A DNA stretch of 16,640 bases, from positions 1 to 16,640 of the forward strand of contig JAWOBU010000249.1 in assembly GCA_046484135.1 (NCBI GenBank). The letters are read 5' to 3'. Every line of letters begins with the position of its first letter. Within the stretch, counting starts at the first letter, position 1. Origin of the DNA: a bacterium (GTDB lineage: Bacteria; RBG-13-61-14; DATKZS01). Position numbers and translations under genes: made by a program. This document shows, in pieces, positions 7,176 through 14,995 of this stretch. The notes under the pieces were generated by a model, which saw nothing but the letters and a program-made list of their open reading frames with translations, searched no databases and was not told where the DNA came from.

Positions 7176-9851
7176 TCATGGCCTCGAATCAGGAGTGGGC
7201 TTCCCCGCCTTTTCCAGTCTGGCTTTTTCTGCTTCATAAGTTCTCTTGAGCTCCTGGTAGCGTTGCCGGGCCTGCCGGTCGTCGGGGTTTATTGAGGTGT
7301 AATTTTCATAAGCGTTGAGAAGCCGCTGCATGAGGTGAGGAGCTGTCAAAAGGGTGGGAACGCGATTTCTTCTCGCGAGTCCGTAATAACGTTCCAGGAG
7401 CTGGACCATGGTTTTCCGCGCGGTCTCGTTGTCGTTGTCATACTCGATTGCTCTTTGTAACTCGCGCATGGCAAAGGGATAGTTTTGTTCCTGCAAGAAC
7501 TCGCCCGCTTTTTGAATATGGGCCCGGACCGATCCCCGGCGGGGCGTTTCCGCCTTTTTCCGGCCGCACTCGTAGATGGTGATGATCCGGCGGTAATCGG
7601 AAAAGAACCTGCTGTAGATGATCCTGGCGTTTTCGATATCGGACAGCCCCAGCGCCAGCTCGATAAGTGCGGGCCGGAGAGCCCGGAAGGTGTGGCTGTC
7701 AGCCGCGATGTAGTCAATCTTGTCCTGGTTGATGAGCTCCTGGACCTCGGGAACGGTCTTGGGTATGGGCTGGCCTTCCTGGTCCCGGTACCACTTGCCG
7801 TCCAGGTAATAGGCGATAAAGGGCTTGCGGGAAGCTATGATCTGGCCCGAAGGCACCCGGTCCTTTATGGCCGCGGCTGCCTCTTTGTGACCGGATGCAT
7901 ACTTCACGGCCATGCTCCGGACGTCGTTGTCTGCTTCCAATACCACCGAGTAAAGGTTCGGGTACTGACAGAAAAAAACCGCGGCCAAGAGGAACACCGG
8001 AAACCAGACCGAAAACCGCAAAGAAAGGAGTCCCCCCACCTTGCCGGCGGCAAAAGCAAGGAAGCCGAGCCCCCCTCCTATAAAAAGCACGGCGGGAAGA
8101 TAGGGGAAAAACAACTGCTTGAAAAGGTCCCCCGCGTTCCGGGTGGTAAGGCTGTTCTCCCGCAGAAACTCGTAGAAGACCGGGGTGCGGTCGGAAACAC
8201 CGGCCAACAGGGCGCCCAGCACTATGAGCCCCGCGCCGATGCCCGCGGCCACTGCCGGTCTGGCAAGAGAAAAGGGCAATGCCCGGAGCCCGTAGCCGGT
8301 AATTAGCATGAACGCGATAACCGGGGCCGTAAGATAGAACACCAGCACCCATCCCAGGGACCGCTGGTGCTCTCGAATAAAGTTCTTCAGGGTAAAGGAG
8401 TCAACGCCGAGGTGGAGAAAAGCCAGGAACACCACGACCAGGATCAAAAGAATGAGAACAAGAACGTGCACCGAGGTGCGGTTGCCGGGCTCGCTCGAGC
8501 TGAAGCTCTGGCGAAAACTATGGGAGGCATGTTCGATGCCGAGAGCCGCCATCATGATGCCGGGGACCACCAGTGGGTACATGTACCTGCTGTCCACCAT
8601 GTAAGGGGTTATCAAGGAGTACAATGCCCAGAGCTGAACTATCCATACCGCGATATAAACGGTATAGAAAAGCTGTTCGCGGTCCTTTTCCCGCCGGTAT
8701 CGGAAGAAGGCCCCGAAGAGACCGGTAACCGCCAGGATGAAAATAAGCGGGTTCCATTTTTTTAACAGCTCTTTCCCGTATGACCCCATGTTAAACACGG
8801 TCTTTTTGATAAGGCCCGGAGCCAGCTTTAAAAGGTCGGCAGCCCCCTCTGCCGGCTCGTCTCCCACCAGGTCGGTCCCTTTTTCCTGTGCCGGCAGCCG
8901 GTCGCGGTCGAAGCGGTCGCCGCCGAAAAGCTGTACCTGTCGGGTAAGGCTGGTATTGGACATCTGGGCGGTAAGCCCCCAGCTTCCGGTCCGGACCCGG
9001 ATGTGAGCCAGGTATGGCGCGGTGAACGCCAGGAAGACGAACAACAGGGCCAGAACCAGGGTCGCCGTTCTTTTCCACGGCATCCTGTCCATTACGCCGA
9101 ACTTGAACAAGGCAAAGGCCAGTACGATCACGGGCGCGGTGAGGCCCACGTCGCGGGTCGTATAGGCACAGGAGCACAACACCCCCAACACGGCGAACTT
9201 CCACACCGCCGGCTTCATCATGGCGTAGAGTGAAATGCAGATGACCGCGGCATAGAAGAAGGTAAAGGTGGACTCCGTCAGGATGGGGTTTGCGTACCGC
9301 AGGGTAAAGGCATGGAACGCCATGATCGAGGTCCCGATAATGGCGGCCCGTCTCGTGAACGCCCCGGCCAGGCCGTAGTAAAGGAAGACCAGGGCCAGCA
9401 GGGACAGGAAAAGAGATATGGACATGCCCACCTTTTCCAGGTCCGCCTGGGTCCCGGCAAACGGCGATATTAGAAACGGGTACAAGGGAGGCAGGTGCCG
9501 GGACTTGATAAAGCCCTGGTCCAGGTCGAAGTTCTCGCTGAAGAAGGCCCCGCTCCTGATCTCTTTTGCCAAGTGCATGTACTGCATGGAGTCCGGGTAG
9601 ACCTGCGGCTCCCACAAGGTGGTGGACAGCCGGAAGAAAAGCCCGGCCAGCAGGATTATAAGTAAAGGCAGCCAACGGGGCACCCGGAATCTCCGGCTGC
9701 CTTCGCGAGAGGGACTGCTTGCTGAAGAGGACTCTGTCTTTTTCTTCTTCTGCGGTGCAGGAGCTTCCTTCTTCTTTTGAGGCGCGGTCTTCCCCTGCTG
9801 AGGAGAAGACTGTTTTTTCTTCCGGGAAGACTTTGGTTTCCTGGGGCTCAT
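7176..9851 (-). CDS. GT-C fold (ArnT/PMT-like, family 39/83-type) membrane glycosyltransferase with extra TM helices and C-terminal TPR (~891 aa)
   Basis: First-loop YPDSMQY, LPPLYP, LTESTF, TTR and SRYMYP motifs, many hydrophobic helices, soluble C-terminal domain and TPR-like helix pair (AHIQKAGEFL...AIEYDNDNETAR). Start set at ATG 9851, directly downstream of a TTGACC/TATAAT promoter. The track start at 10109 overlaps PBP1A. Confidence 0.8.
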   Translation of the reverse strand: MSPRKPKSSRKKKQSSPQQGKTAPQKKKEAPAPQKKKKTESSSASSPSREGSRRFRVPRWLPLLIILLAGLFFRLSTTLWEPQVYPDSMQYMHLAKEIRSGAFFSENFDLDQGFIKSRHLPPLYPFLISPFAGTQADLEKVGMSISLFLSLLALVFLYYGLAGAFTRRAAIIGTSIMAFHAFTLRYANPILTESTFTFFYAAVICISLYAMMKPAVWKFAVLGVLCSCAYTTRDVGLTAPVIVLAFALFKFGVMDRMPWKRTATLVLALLFVFLAFTAPYLAHIRVRTGSWGLTAQMSNTSLTRQVQLFGGDRFDRDRLPAQEKGTDLVGDEPAEGAADLLKLAPGLIKKTVFNMGSYGKELLKKWNPLIFILAVTGLFGAFFRYRREKDREQLFYTVYIAVWIVQLWALYSLITPYMVDSRYMYPLVVPGIMMAALGIEHASHSFRQSFSSSEPGNRTSVHVLVLILLILVVVFLAFLHLGVDSFTLKNFIREHQRSLGWVLVFYLTAPVIAFMLITGYGLRALPFSLARPAVAAGIGAGLIVLGALLAGVSDRTPVFYEFLRENSLTTRNAGDLFKQLFFPYLPAVLFIGGGLGFLAFAAGKVGGLLSLRFSVWFPVFLLAAVFFCQYPNLYSVVLEADNDVRSMAVKYASGHKEAAAAIKDRVPSGQIIASRKPFIAYYLDGKWYRDQEGQPIPKTVPEVQELINQDKIDYIAADSHTFRALRPALIELALGLSDIENARIIYSRFFSDYRRIITIYECGRKKAETPRRGSVRAHIQKAGEFLQEQNYPFAMRELQRAIEYDNDNETARKTMVQLLERYYGLARRNRVPTLLTAPHLMQRLLNAYENYTSINPDDRQARQRYQELKRTYEAEKARLEKAGKPTPDSRP

Positions 9852-9860
9852 GGAATTAAG

Positions 9861-9890
9861 ATTATAGTTTCCATAAACCGACCGGGTCAA
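9861..9890 (-). promoter_or_regulatory. sigma70 promoter for the GT-C gene (near-leaderless)
   Basis: Minus strand TTGACC (9890-9885), 18 nt, TATAAT (9866-9861), only 9 nt before ATG 9851. No SD. Confidence 0.6.
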
Positions 9891-9950
9891 GAAGCCTGAG
9901 CAGGGGACATCGACATGAAAATTCATCCCGAGTTTCATCCGTTCATCTGT

Positions 9951-9979
9951 TTGCAAATCATGCCGTTGTAAAATACACT
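9951..9979 (+). promoter_or_regulatory. putative sigma70 promoter for PBP1A
   Basis: TTGCAA (9951-9956), 17 nt, TACACT (9974-9979). Confidence 0.45.
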
Positions 9980-10071
9980 GGAAATACTGTTGTTGTCTGC
10001 GGACCCGGGAGGTTGGCGGGCTGAATGTTTGCATCTGCCGCTCTAAGTTCCAAGGCAAGGGTTGATAGCAC

Positions 10072-12663
10072 ATGTCCCTGATGTCCAGATGGAGCCGGCT
10101 TTCGGCCAAGGCCTCCGGCAGGCGGCGCGTTCTTATCGGCGCTGCCGCGGTGTTGTTCCTGGTATTAGTGCTGGAAGCGGTTTGCCTTGCCTACGTGCTG
10201 GTCTTGCGCGAGACCCCTTCTCTTGACTCTCTTTTCAATTACGAACCCGCCCTGGTTACCAGGATATGCGACCGGCACGGAAAAACCGTGTTTACCTACT
10301 GGCACGAACGCCGCCGGCGGGTCTTTGTAAGCGTGTTCCCCGATCATGTCAAAGACGCCTTCCTGGCCGCGGAGGACGCTGATTTCTACACCCACCGGGG
10401 GCTGGATTACAGCGGCATCGGCCGGGCCGCGCTTGTCAACCTGTTGCGCGGCCGGGTCAAGCAAGGCGGGTCCACCATCACCCAGCAGGTAATAAGGAAC
10501 TACTACCTCTCGCAGGAGCGGTCCCTCTCCCGCAAGATCAAAGAGGCGGTCATGGCCCGGGAGCTGGAAGATCGGATGGAAAAGGACCGCATCCTGGGAA
10601 TCTATCTTAACATGGTCTACTTCGGCGCCGGCGCCTGGGGAGTCGAGGAAGCCGCCCGGACCTACTTCGGAGTGTCGGCTAAAGACCTCGATCTTGCCCA
10701 GGCGGCCATGCTGGCCGGCGTTATCCAGGCCCCCACTCGCTTCTGTCCTTTTAACAACAAGAAGCTCGCCCGGAAAAGAATGACCTGGGTCCTCGGACAG
10801 ATGGTGAAGCAGGGCTTTATTAGCTCCCGGGACTCCAAACGCGCCCTGGAAGAGTACGCGGGAGTGCGCCGGCAAAGGCGGGACCGGGAGGTCCCGGCGC
10901 CTTACTTCATCCAGACCGTGCGGTCGCGGCTCCAGGATATCCTGGGAGAAGAGGCGTACCGCAAAGGCGGCTACAAGGTTTACACCAGTCTGGACCCCCG
11001 GACGCAACAAGAGGCGGAGTACGCGGTAAAGACCTGGCTGGAAGACCTGGACCGGAGGATGCGCGGCCGCCAGGTACGGGTCGAGTCTTTGAAGCCCTCT
11101 CAAAAAGACGAGTTTTTAAAAGAGGTGGATCGCGAACTGGGAGACGGTGCTCTGGGCAAGGGGAAGACCGTGCATGCCCTTATTAGCGGGGCTTCCAACA
11201 AAGAGGTGAAGCTTAAGGTGGGAAGCCGTCCGGCGCGGGTCTCCATTTGGCGGACTCCGTGGCGCAACTCGCGGGATGTTCCGGTGGGAGGCGTGGTCAA
11301 GTGCCGGGTGCGCCGCGACGGGGGAGAGACGCTCGAAGTGGAGCTGGTGCAGGAGCCCCGGCTGGATGGAGCGCTGGTGGCCATTGATCCTGTAACCCGC
11401 GAGGTCCTGGCCCTGGTGGGCGGGTACGATTATGAGCGGAGCCAGTTCAACCGCGCCACCCAAAGCAAAAGGCCGCCCGGCTCCGCCATGAAGCCCGTGG
11501 TCTACTCCGCGGCCTTCTCCACCAGAAAGTACAACCCCACCACCATTATATATGACCGGCCCTTTACCGTGCGCCATAACGGCTACCGCTGGAGACCAAA
11601 GAACTACAGCCGGAGATATTACGGCGCAACCTCTCTTCATAAAGCCCTGGTCAAATCCAGGAACGTGGTTACCGTCCGCCTGGCATACAAGATAGGGCTT
11701 GAGGCCATAATCGAGCGGACCCATGAAATGGGCATAAACCAGGAGTTTCCGCAAAGCTTGAGCATCTCCCTGGGGGCATACGGGGTGTCGCTTCTGGACT
11801 TGACCAACGCCTACGCCGTGTTCGCTTCCCAGGGGTTTGCAAAAAAGCCGGTGTTCATAAAACGGGTGGAAGACCGGCACGGAAACATAATCTACCGCTC
11901 GAAAAGCCCCCCGGAAAGAGTGTTGCCGGAAGGAGAGGCCTATCTCATGAACTACATCCTGGAGAAAGTCGTCCGGGACGGGACTGCCAAGCGAGCCCGT
12001 TACATCGGATGCCGCTCTGCGGGAAAGACCGGTACCACCAGCGACTACCGGGACGCCTGGTACATCGGGTATACGCCCCGCATGGTGGTCGGAACATGGG
12101 TGGGCAAAGACGATTACTCGCCCATGCGCCACGGCTACACCGGCGGGAAGGCGGCCCTGCCCATGTGGGTCAGGTTCGCCAAGAAGGCCTTTGCGGACGA
12201 GCCTGCTGGCTGGTTTAAAAAACCGGACGACGTTTACTACGCCCGAGGGACCTGCCTTCTGAAAGGGACCAGGCCGGACCGGAGAAAGCGGCCGTCGGAC
12301 GCGGAGGAAAAAAGGCTGCAAAAGGAGGCGGAAGAGATATCCGAGCTGCTTGCCAAGGAAGCGGAACAAGCGGACAAAAGCATCGCCTCCGACCGGTTCG
12401 GAGAAGAGCATTTAAAGGCCTTTCTCTACTCCGACCGGCAAAAGAAAACCGGGGCCACTGAAAGCCCCCCGCAAGAAACTACAGAGACGGAGCCCTCCAC
12501 AAAAACCGGAACCAAAAGCACTGCGGAGGCAGAAGAAAACAAAAACACTGCCGGCGAACCGAAAGAAGAAAAAAGGAAGGCGGAGAAAACCTCCGCCGCC
12601 GCCTCGCCGCTGCCGCCCGGTGTGGCCGAAGATATAAGCCGGGCCATCCAAAAAACCGATTAA
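10072..12663 (+). CDS. mrcA: Class A penicillin-binding protein (PBP1A family transglycosylase/transpeptidase)
   Basis: N-terminal TM anchor. TG motifs EDADFYTHRG, GGSTITQQ, RKIKE, YLN. TP motifs SAMK (SxxK), SRN (SxN), KTG. OB-like insert and low-complexity C-terminal tail. Start could also be ATG 10081. Confidence 0.93.
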   Translation: MSLMSRWSRLSAKASGRRRVLIGAAAVLFLVLVLEAVCLAYVLVLRETPSLDSLFNYEPALVTRICDRHGKTVFTYWHERRRRVFVSVFPDHVKDAFLAAEDADFYTHRGLDYSGIGRAALVNLLRGRVKQGGSTITQQVIRNYYLSQERSLSRKIKEAVMARELEDRMEKDRILGIYLNMVYFGAGAWGVEEAARTYFGVSAKDLDLAQAAMLAGVIQAPTRFCPFNNKKLARKRMTWVLGQMVKQGFISSRDSKRALEEYAGVRRQRRDREVPAPYFIQTVRSRLQDILGEEAYRKGGYKVYTSLDPRTQQEAEYAVKTWLEDLDRRMRGRQVRVESLKPSQKDEFLKEVDRELGDGALGKGKTVHALISGASNKEVKLKVGSRPARVSIWRTPWRNSRDVPVGGVVKCRVRRDGGETLEVELVQEPRLDGALVAIDPVTREVLALVGGYDYERSQFNRATQSKRPPGSAMKPVVYSAAFSTRKYNPTTIIYDRPFTVRHNGYRWRPKNYSRRYYGATSLHKALVKSRNVVTVRLAYKIGLEAIIERTHEMGINQEFPQSLSISLGAYGVSLLDLTNAYAVFASQGFAKKPVFIKRVEDRHGNIIYRSKSPPERVLPEGEAYLMNYILEKVVRDGTAKRARYIGCRSAGKTGTTSDYRDAWYIGYTPRMVVGTWVGKDDYSPMRHGYTGGKAALPMWVRFAKKAFADEPAGWFKKPDDVYYARGTCLLKGTRPDRRKRPSDAEEKRLQKEAEEISELLAKEAEQADKSIASDRFGEEHLKAFLYSDRQKKTGATESPPQETTETEPSTKTGTKSTAEAEENKNTAGEPKEEKRKAEKTSAAASPLPPGVAEDISRAIQKTD

Positions 12664-12681
12664 TCATGCCCCTCAGGTAAT

Positions 12682-12739
12682 CTCACGAATTAAAAACACA
12701 ACCAATCTGCTTTTCGTAAGCGACAAAAACAATTGTGAG
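12682..12739. terminator. imperfect inverted repeat between convergent genes (possible bidirectional terminator)
   Basis: CTCACgAATT (12682-12691) pairs with AATTGTGAG (12731-12739) and encloses GCTT-ttcgt-AAGC. Lies between the convergent PBP1A and nitroreductase stops. Confidence 0.3.
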
Positions 12740-12745
12740 CAAACA

Positions 12746-13441
12746 CTAATCCCGAAGCTCCCCCGCGGCCTGGGCGATCCGCAATATCTGGTTGCTTTTC
12801 AGCCCCAGTATCTTTGTTACGTTGTCGTAGCGGACCAGGGCATACACGCAAGAACCCAGGCCCAGCGCGGCGCACTCGAGGTAAACATTCTGCACCATGC
12901 AGCCGACCTCGATGTCCGCCCAAGCGGTTTCTCCCCGCTCGATGAGCCCCTTGTTGATCACGTACAAGAGGTTCACGGAAGCTCTTTTAAAGCCGGGCTG
13001 GCGGGGTATCTCGTCCCTGATGTCGCGGGACACCACCTGCTGGAGACGGTGCTTTTCCGGTTCGTACCTGTAAACCCCTTCCGGAAGCGCGGCATAGATG
13101 TCCACCGGATACCTCGCCAGGGCGGAAGGAGCGGTGCGATGGTCGTTCTTCCGGTTCACGCCGTCCGCGGCCCACAGAATCCTGGAAAGCCGCTCCTTGC
13201 TGACAGTTGCGCCCTCTTTAAAAGACCGGTCCGAACGGCGGTTTAAAAGGGCCTGGTCCAGGCTGTAGGACTTGTCCTTTTTAAAGCCGGGAAGCTCGAT
13301 CACTCCTTCATCGGATTCCTCTTTGGCGCCGGGGCTGGAAGGAAGCTCCCGGCCCTCGGCATTGGCGTTCCGGAAAAATACGGTCGCGCCCGCGCCCATT
13401 GCGGTCAAGCCGGCAAAGAAACCTCTACGTTTCATCTCCAT
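12746..13441 (-). CDS. Nitroreductase family (SagB/ThcOx-like) flavoprotein with Tat signal
   Basis: KRRGFF Tat motif with ANA cleavage site, RRSDRSF FMN-binding motif, LWAADG, RTAPSA..YP, G..VQNVYL..AALGLGSC. Strong AAGGAGG SD. Confidence 0.87.
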   Translation of the reverse strand: MEMKRRGFFAGLTAMGAGATVFFRNANAEGRELPSSPGAKEESDEGVIELPGFKKDKSYSLDQALLNRRSDRSFKEGATVSKERLSRILWAADGVNRKNDHRTAPSALARYPVDIYAALPEGVYRYEPEKHRLQQVVSRDIRDEIPRQPGFKRASVNLLYVINKGLIERGETAWADIEVGCMVQNVYLECAALGLGSCVYALVRYDNVTKILGLKSNQILRIAQAAGELRD

Positions 13442-13554
13442 GGCTGTCCTCCTTTAATCGTCTTTTTGGTGATGCAGCCGCTTTTGCCTCAACGTGCTTT
13501 GTAAAATAATGTAACATGTACGAGCGGCGGGAGCCGCGACAAAAACGTATCCTG

Positions 13555-14559
13555 TCAATATTCCCCTGATTGTTCTTTAAGCTCGCGGCGGGCCAGCCTA
13601 AGGTCCGCGTCGGTCATGATGGCGACCAGCTCCTTAAAGCTCACCTGCGGCTCCCACTTCAGTTTCTTTTGCGCGTTGGAAGAGTCGCCCCGAAGCTCCC
13701 AGGTCTCGCTGGGGCGATAAAAAGCAGGATCAATCTCTACGTACTCCTTCCAGTCCAGGTCCAGCCTCCCGAAAGAGCACTCCAGGAATTCCCGCACCGT
13801 GTGGGTCTCGCCCGTGGCCACCACGTAATCGTCAGGCTCGTCCGCCTGGAGCATCATCCACATGGCCCGCACGTAGTCAGGGGCATAACCCCAGTCCCGC
13901 TTGGTATCGAGGTTGCCCATGTACAGCTTGTCCTGGAGACCCAGCTTGATCCGGGCCGCGGCCATAGTGATCTTCCGGGTAACGAAGTTTTCGCCCCGGC
14001 GGGGCGACTCGTGGTTGAAAAGGATGCCGTTACAACCGAACAGACCGTAAGCCTCCCGGTAGTTGACGAGCTGGTGGAAGGCGTACACCTTGGAACAGGC
14101 GTAGGGGTTGCGGGGCCGGAACGGCGTGTCCTCCGACTGGGGGGCCGGGCTTCTGCCGAACATCTCCGAGGTGGAGGCCTGGTAAAAACGAGGCATAGGG
14201 TCCAGCTTGCGGATGGACTCCAAAAGACGGATCGCGCCCAGGGCGTTCACCTTGGTTGTGTAGACCGGATTATCAAAAGAGATGCGCACATGGGACTGGG
14301 CGCCCAGGTTATAAACCTCGTCCGGCTTGACATCGTGCAGGATGTCCGACAAAGAAAGGCTGTCGGAAAGGTCCCCGTAAACCAGCTTGAGAGCACCGGC
14401 CTTGCCTTGCGCCTCCGTAAGCAAATGGTCTAAGCGCCCGGTGTTCACCGAAGAAGAACGGCGAACAAGACCCCATACCTCGTAGCCCTTCTCCAGGAGC
14501 AGCTCCGCAAGGTAAGAGCCGTCCTGGCCGGTGATCCCGGTAATAAACGCACGTTTCAT
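13555..14559 (-). CDS. gmd: GDP-mannose 4,6-dehydratase
   Basis: [59 protein letters not shown] 14559 is 6 nt from GGAGG; TTG 14562 is an alternative start. Confidence 0.97.
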   Translation of the reverse strand: MKRAFITGITGQDGSYLAELLLEKGYEVWGLVRRSSSVNTGRLDHLLTEAQGKAGALKLVYGDLSDSLSLSDILHDVKPDEVYNLGAQSHVRISFDNPVYTTKVNALGAIRLLESIRKLDPMPRFYQASTSEMFGRSPAPQSEDTPFRPRNPYACSKVYAFHQLVNYREAYGLFGCNGILFNHESPRRGENFVTRKITMAAARIKLGLQDKLYMGNLDTKRDWGYAPDYVRAMWMMLQADEPDDYVVATGETHTVREFLECSFGRLDLDWKEYVEIDPAFYRPSETWELRGDSSNAQKKLKWEPQVSFKELVAIMTDADLRLARRELKEQSGEY

Positions 14560-14563
14560 CAAG

Positions 14564-14591
14564 TCCCTCCTCTCTCTTCTCTCTCTCTCCC
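14564..14591. repeat. 28-nt homopyrimidine/homopurine (TC)n/(GA)n tract
   Basis: TCCCTCCTCTCTCTTCTCTCTCTCTCCC on the + strand. On the minus strand it includes the gmd SD and extends upstream of it. Confidence 0.7.
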
Positions 14592-14667
14592 GACCCCGGA
14601 AGCTGAACAGCTTTTTCGAATTAAAATTATGAGCAGGTGCGAGCGGCCTCGGCCGCGATGGAAACCG

Positions 14668-14696
14668 CTTATAAGAATTAAAAGTTCGCTTGTAAA
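14668..14696 (-). promoter_or_regulatory. putative promoter for gmd
   Basis: Minus strand TTTACA (14696-14691), 17 nt, TATAAG (14673-14668). A second TATAAT lies at 14714-14709. Confidence 0.35.
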
Positions 14697-14758
14697 ACCC
14701 GTGAACAGATTATAACCTTTCACCCGCTTCAACACCAACCAGACCACATCCTTTCAGC

Positions 14759-14787
14759 TTGACATCAGGGGGCCGAGTATCTATTAT
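14759..14787 (+). promoter_or_regulatory. near-consensus sigma70 promoter for the wzc-like operon
   Basis: TTGACA (14759-14764), 17 nt, TATTAT (14782-14787). Confidence 0.72.
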
Positions 14788-14793
14788 AAATAG

Positions 14794-14995
14794 CTGGTAA
14801 GGGCACGTTAGCTTCTATCTCCACAGTGTATACGAGAGGAACCGCCTTTAAGGCAAAACTCCGGCCGGCCCTGTCGGGAGAAGGTCTCCGGAGGGCGGTT
14901 TATAGGCAGGGGGAGGCAGGCGTTTTGTTTGGGCGATAGAGCTATCGGTTTCCCTTTTCCCCCTTATCTTAATAAAAAACAGGAGCGATTTATAG
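14794..14995 (+). promoter_or_regulatory. long structured 5' leader of polysaccharide operon (candidate cis-regulatory RNA)
   Basis: About 200 nt between promoter and ATG 14996, with nested stems AACCGCC/GGCGGTT, CTCCGG/CCGGAG, AGGGGGA/TCCCCCT and CGATAG/CTATCG. Confidence 0.4.

Noticed and set aside
9852..10109. 86-aa N-terminal extension of the GT-C ORF
   Set aside because: Overlaps the PBP1A start, runs through both divergent promoters and shows no recognisable protein features.
10165..12411. Long minus-strand ORFs (312 aa and 431 aa) inside PBP1A
   Set aside because: Typical antisense ORFs of a GC-rich gene, with no motifs.
12731..12740. AATTGTGAGC, identical to a lac operator half-site
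   Set aside because: Only one half-site, located between convergent genes, with no vector sequence around it. Most likely chance.
14559..14747. 62-aa minus-strand ORF whose TGA overlaps the gmd ATG
   Set aside because: No properly spaced SD, spans the predicted gmd promoter elements and reads through the GA repeat. No evidence of coding character.
14831..14895. Superficial similarity of the leader to c-di-AMP (ydaO; TACG..GGAACCGC and CTCCGGAGG) and c-di-GMP-I (GCAAA..CTCCGGCC) riboswitches
   Set aside because: Core elements are missing (GAAUC and CAGCUAAC for ydaO; GNRA loop and receptor for c-di-GMP-I). No family was assigned. An Rfam scan would settle it.
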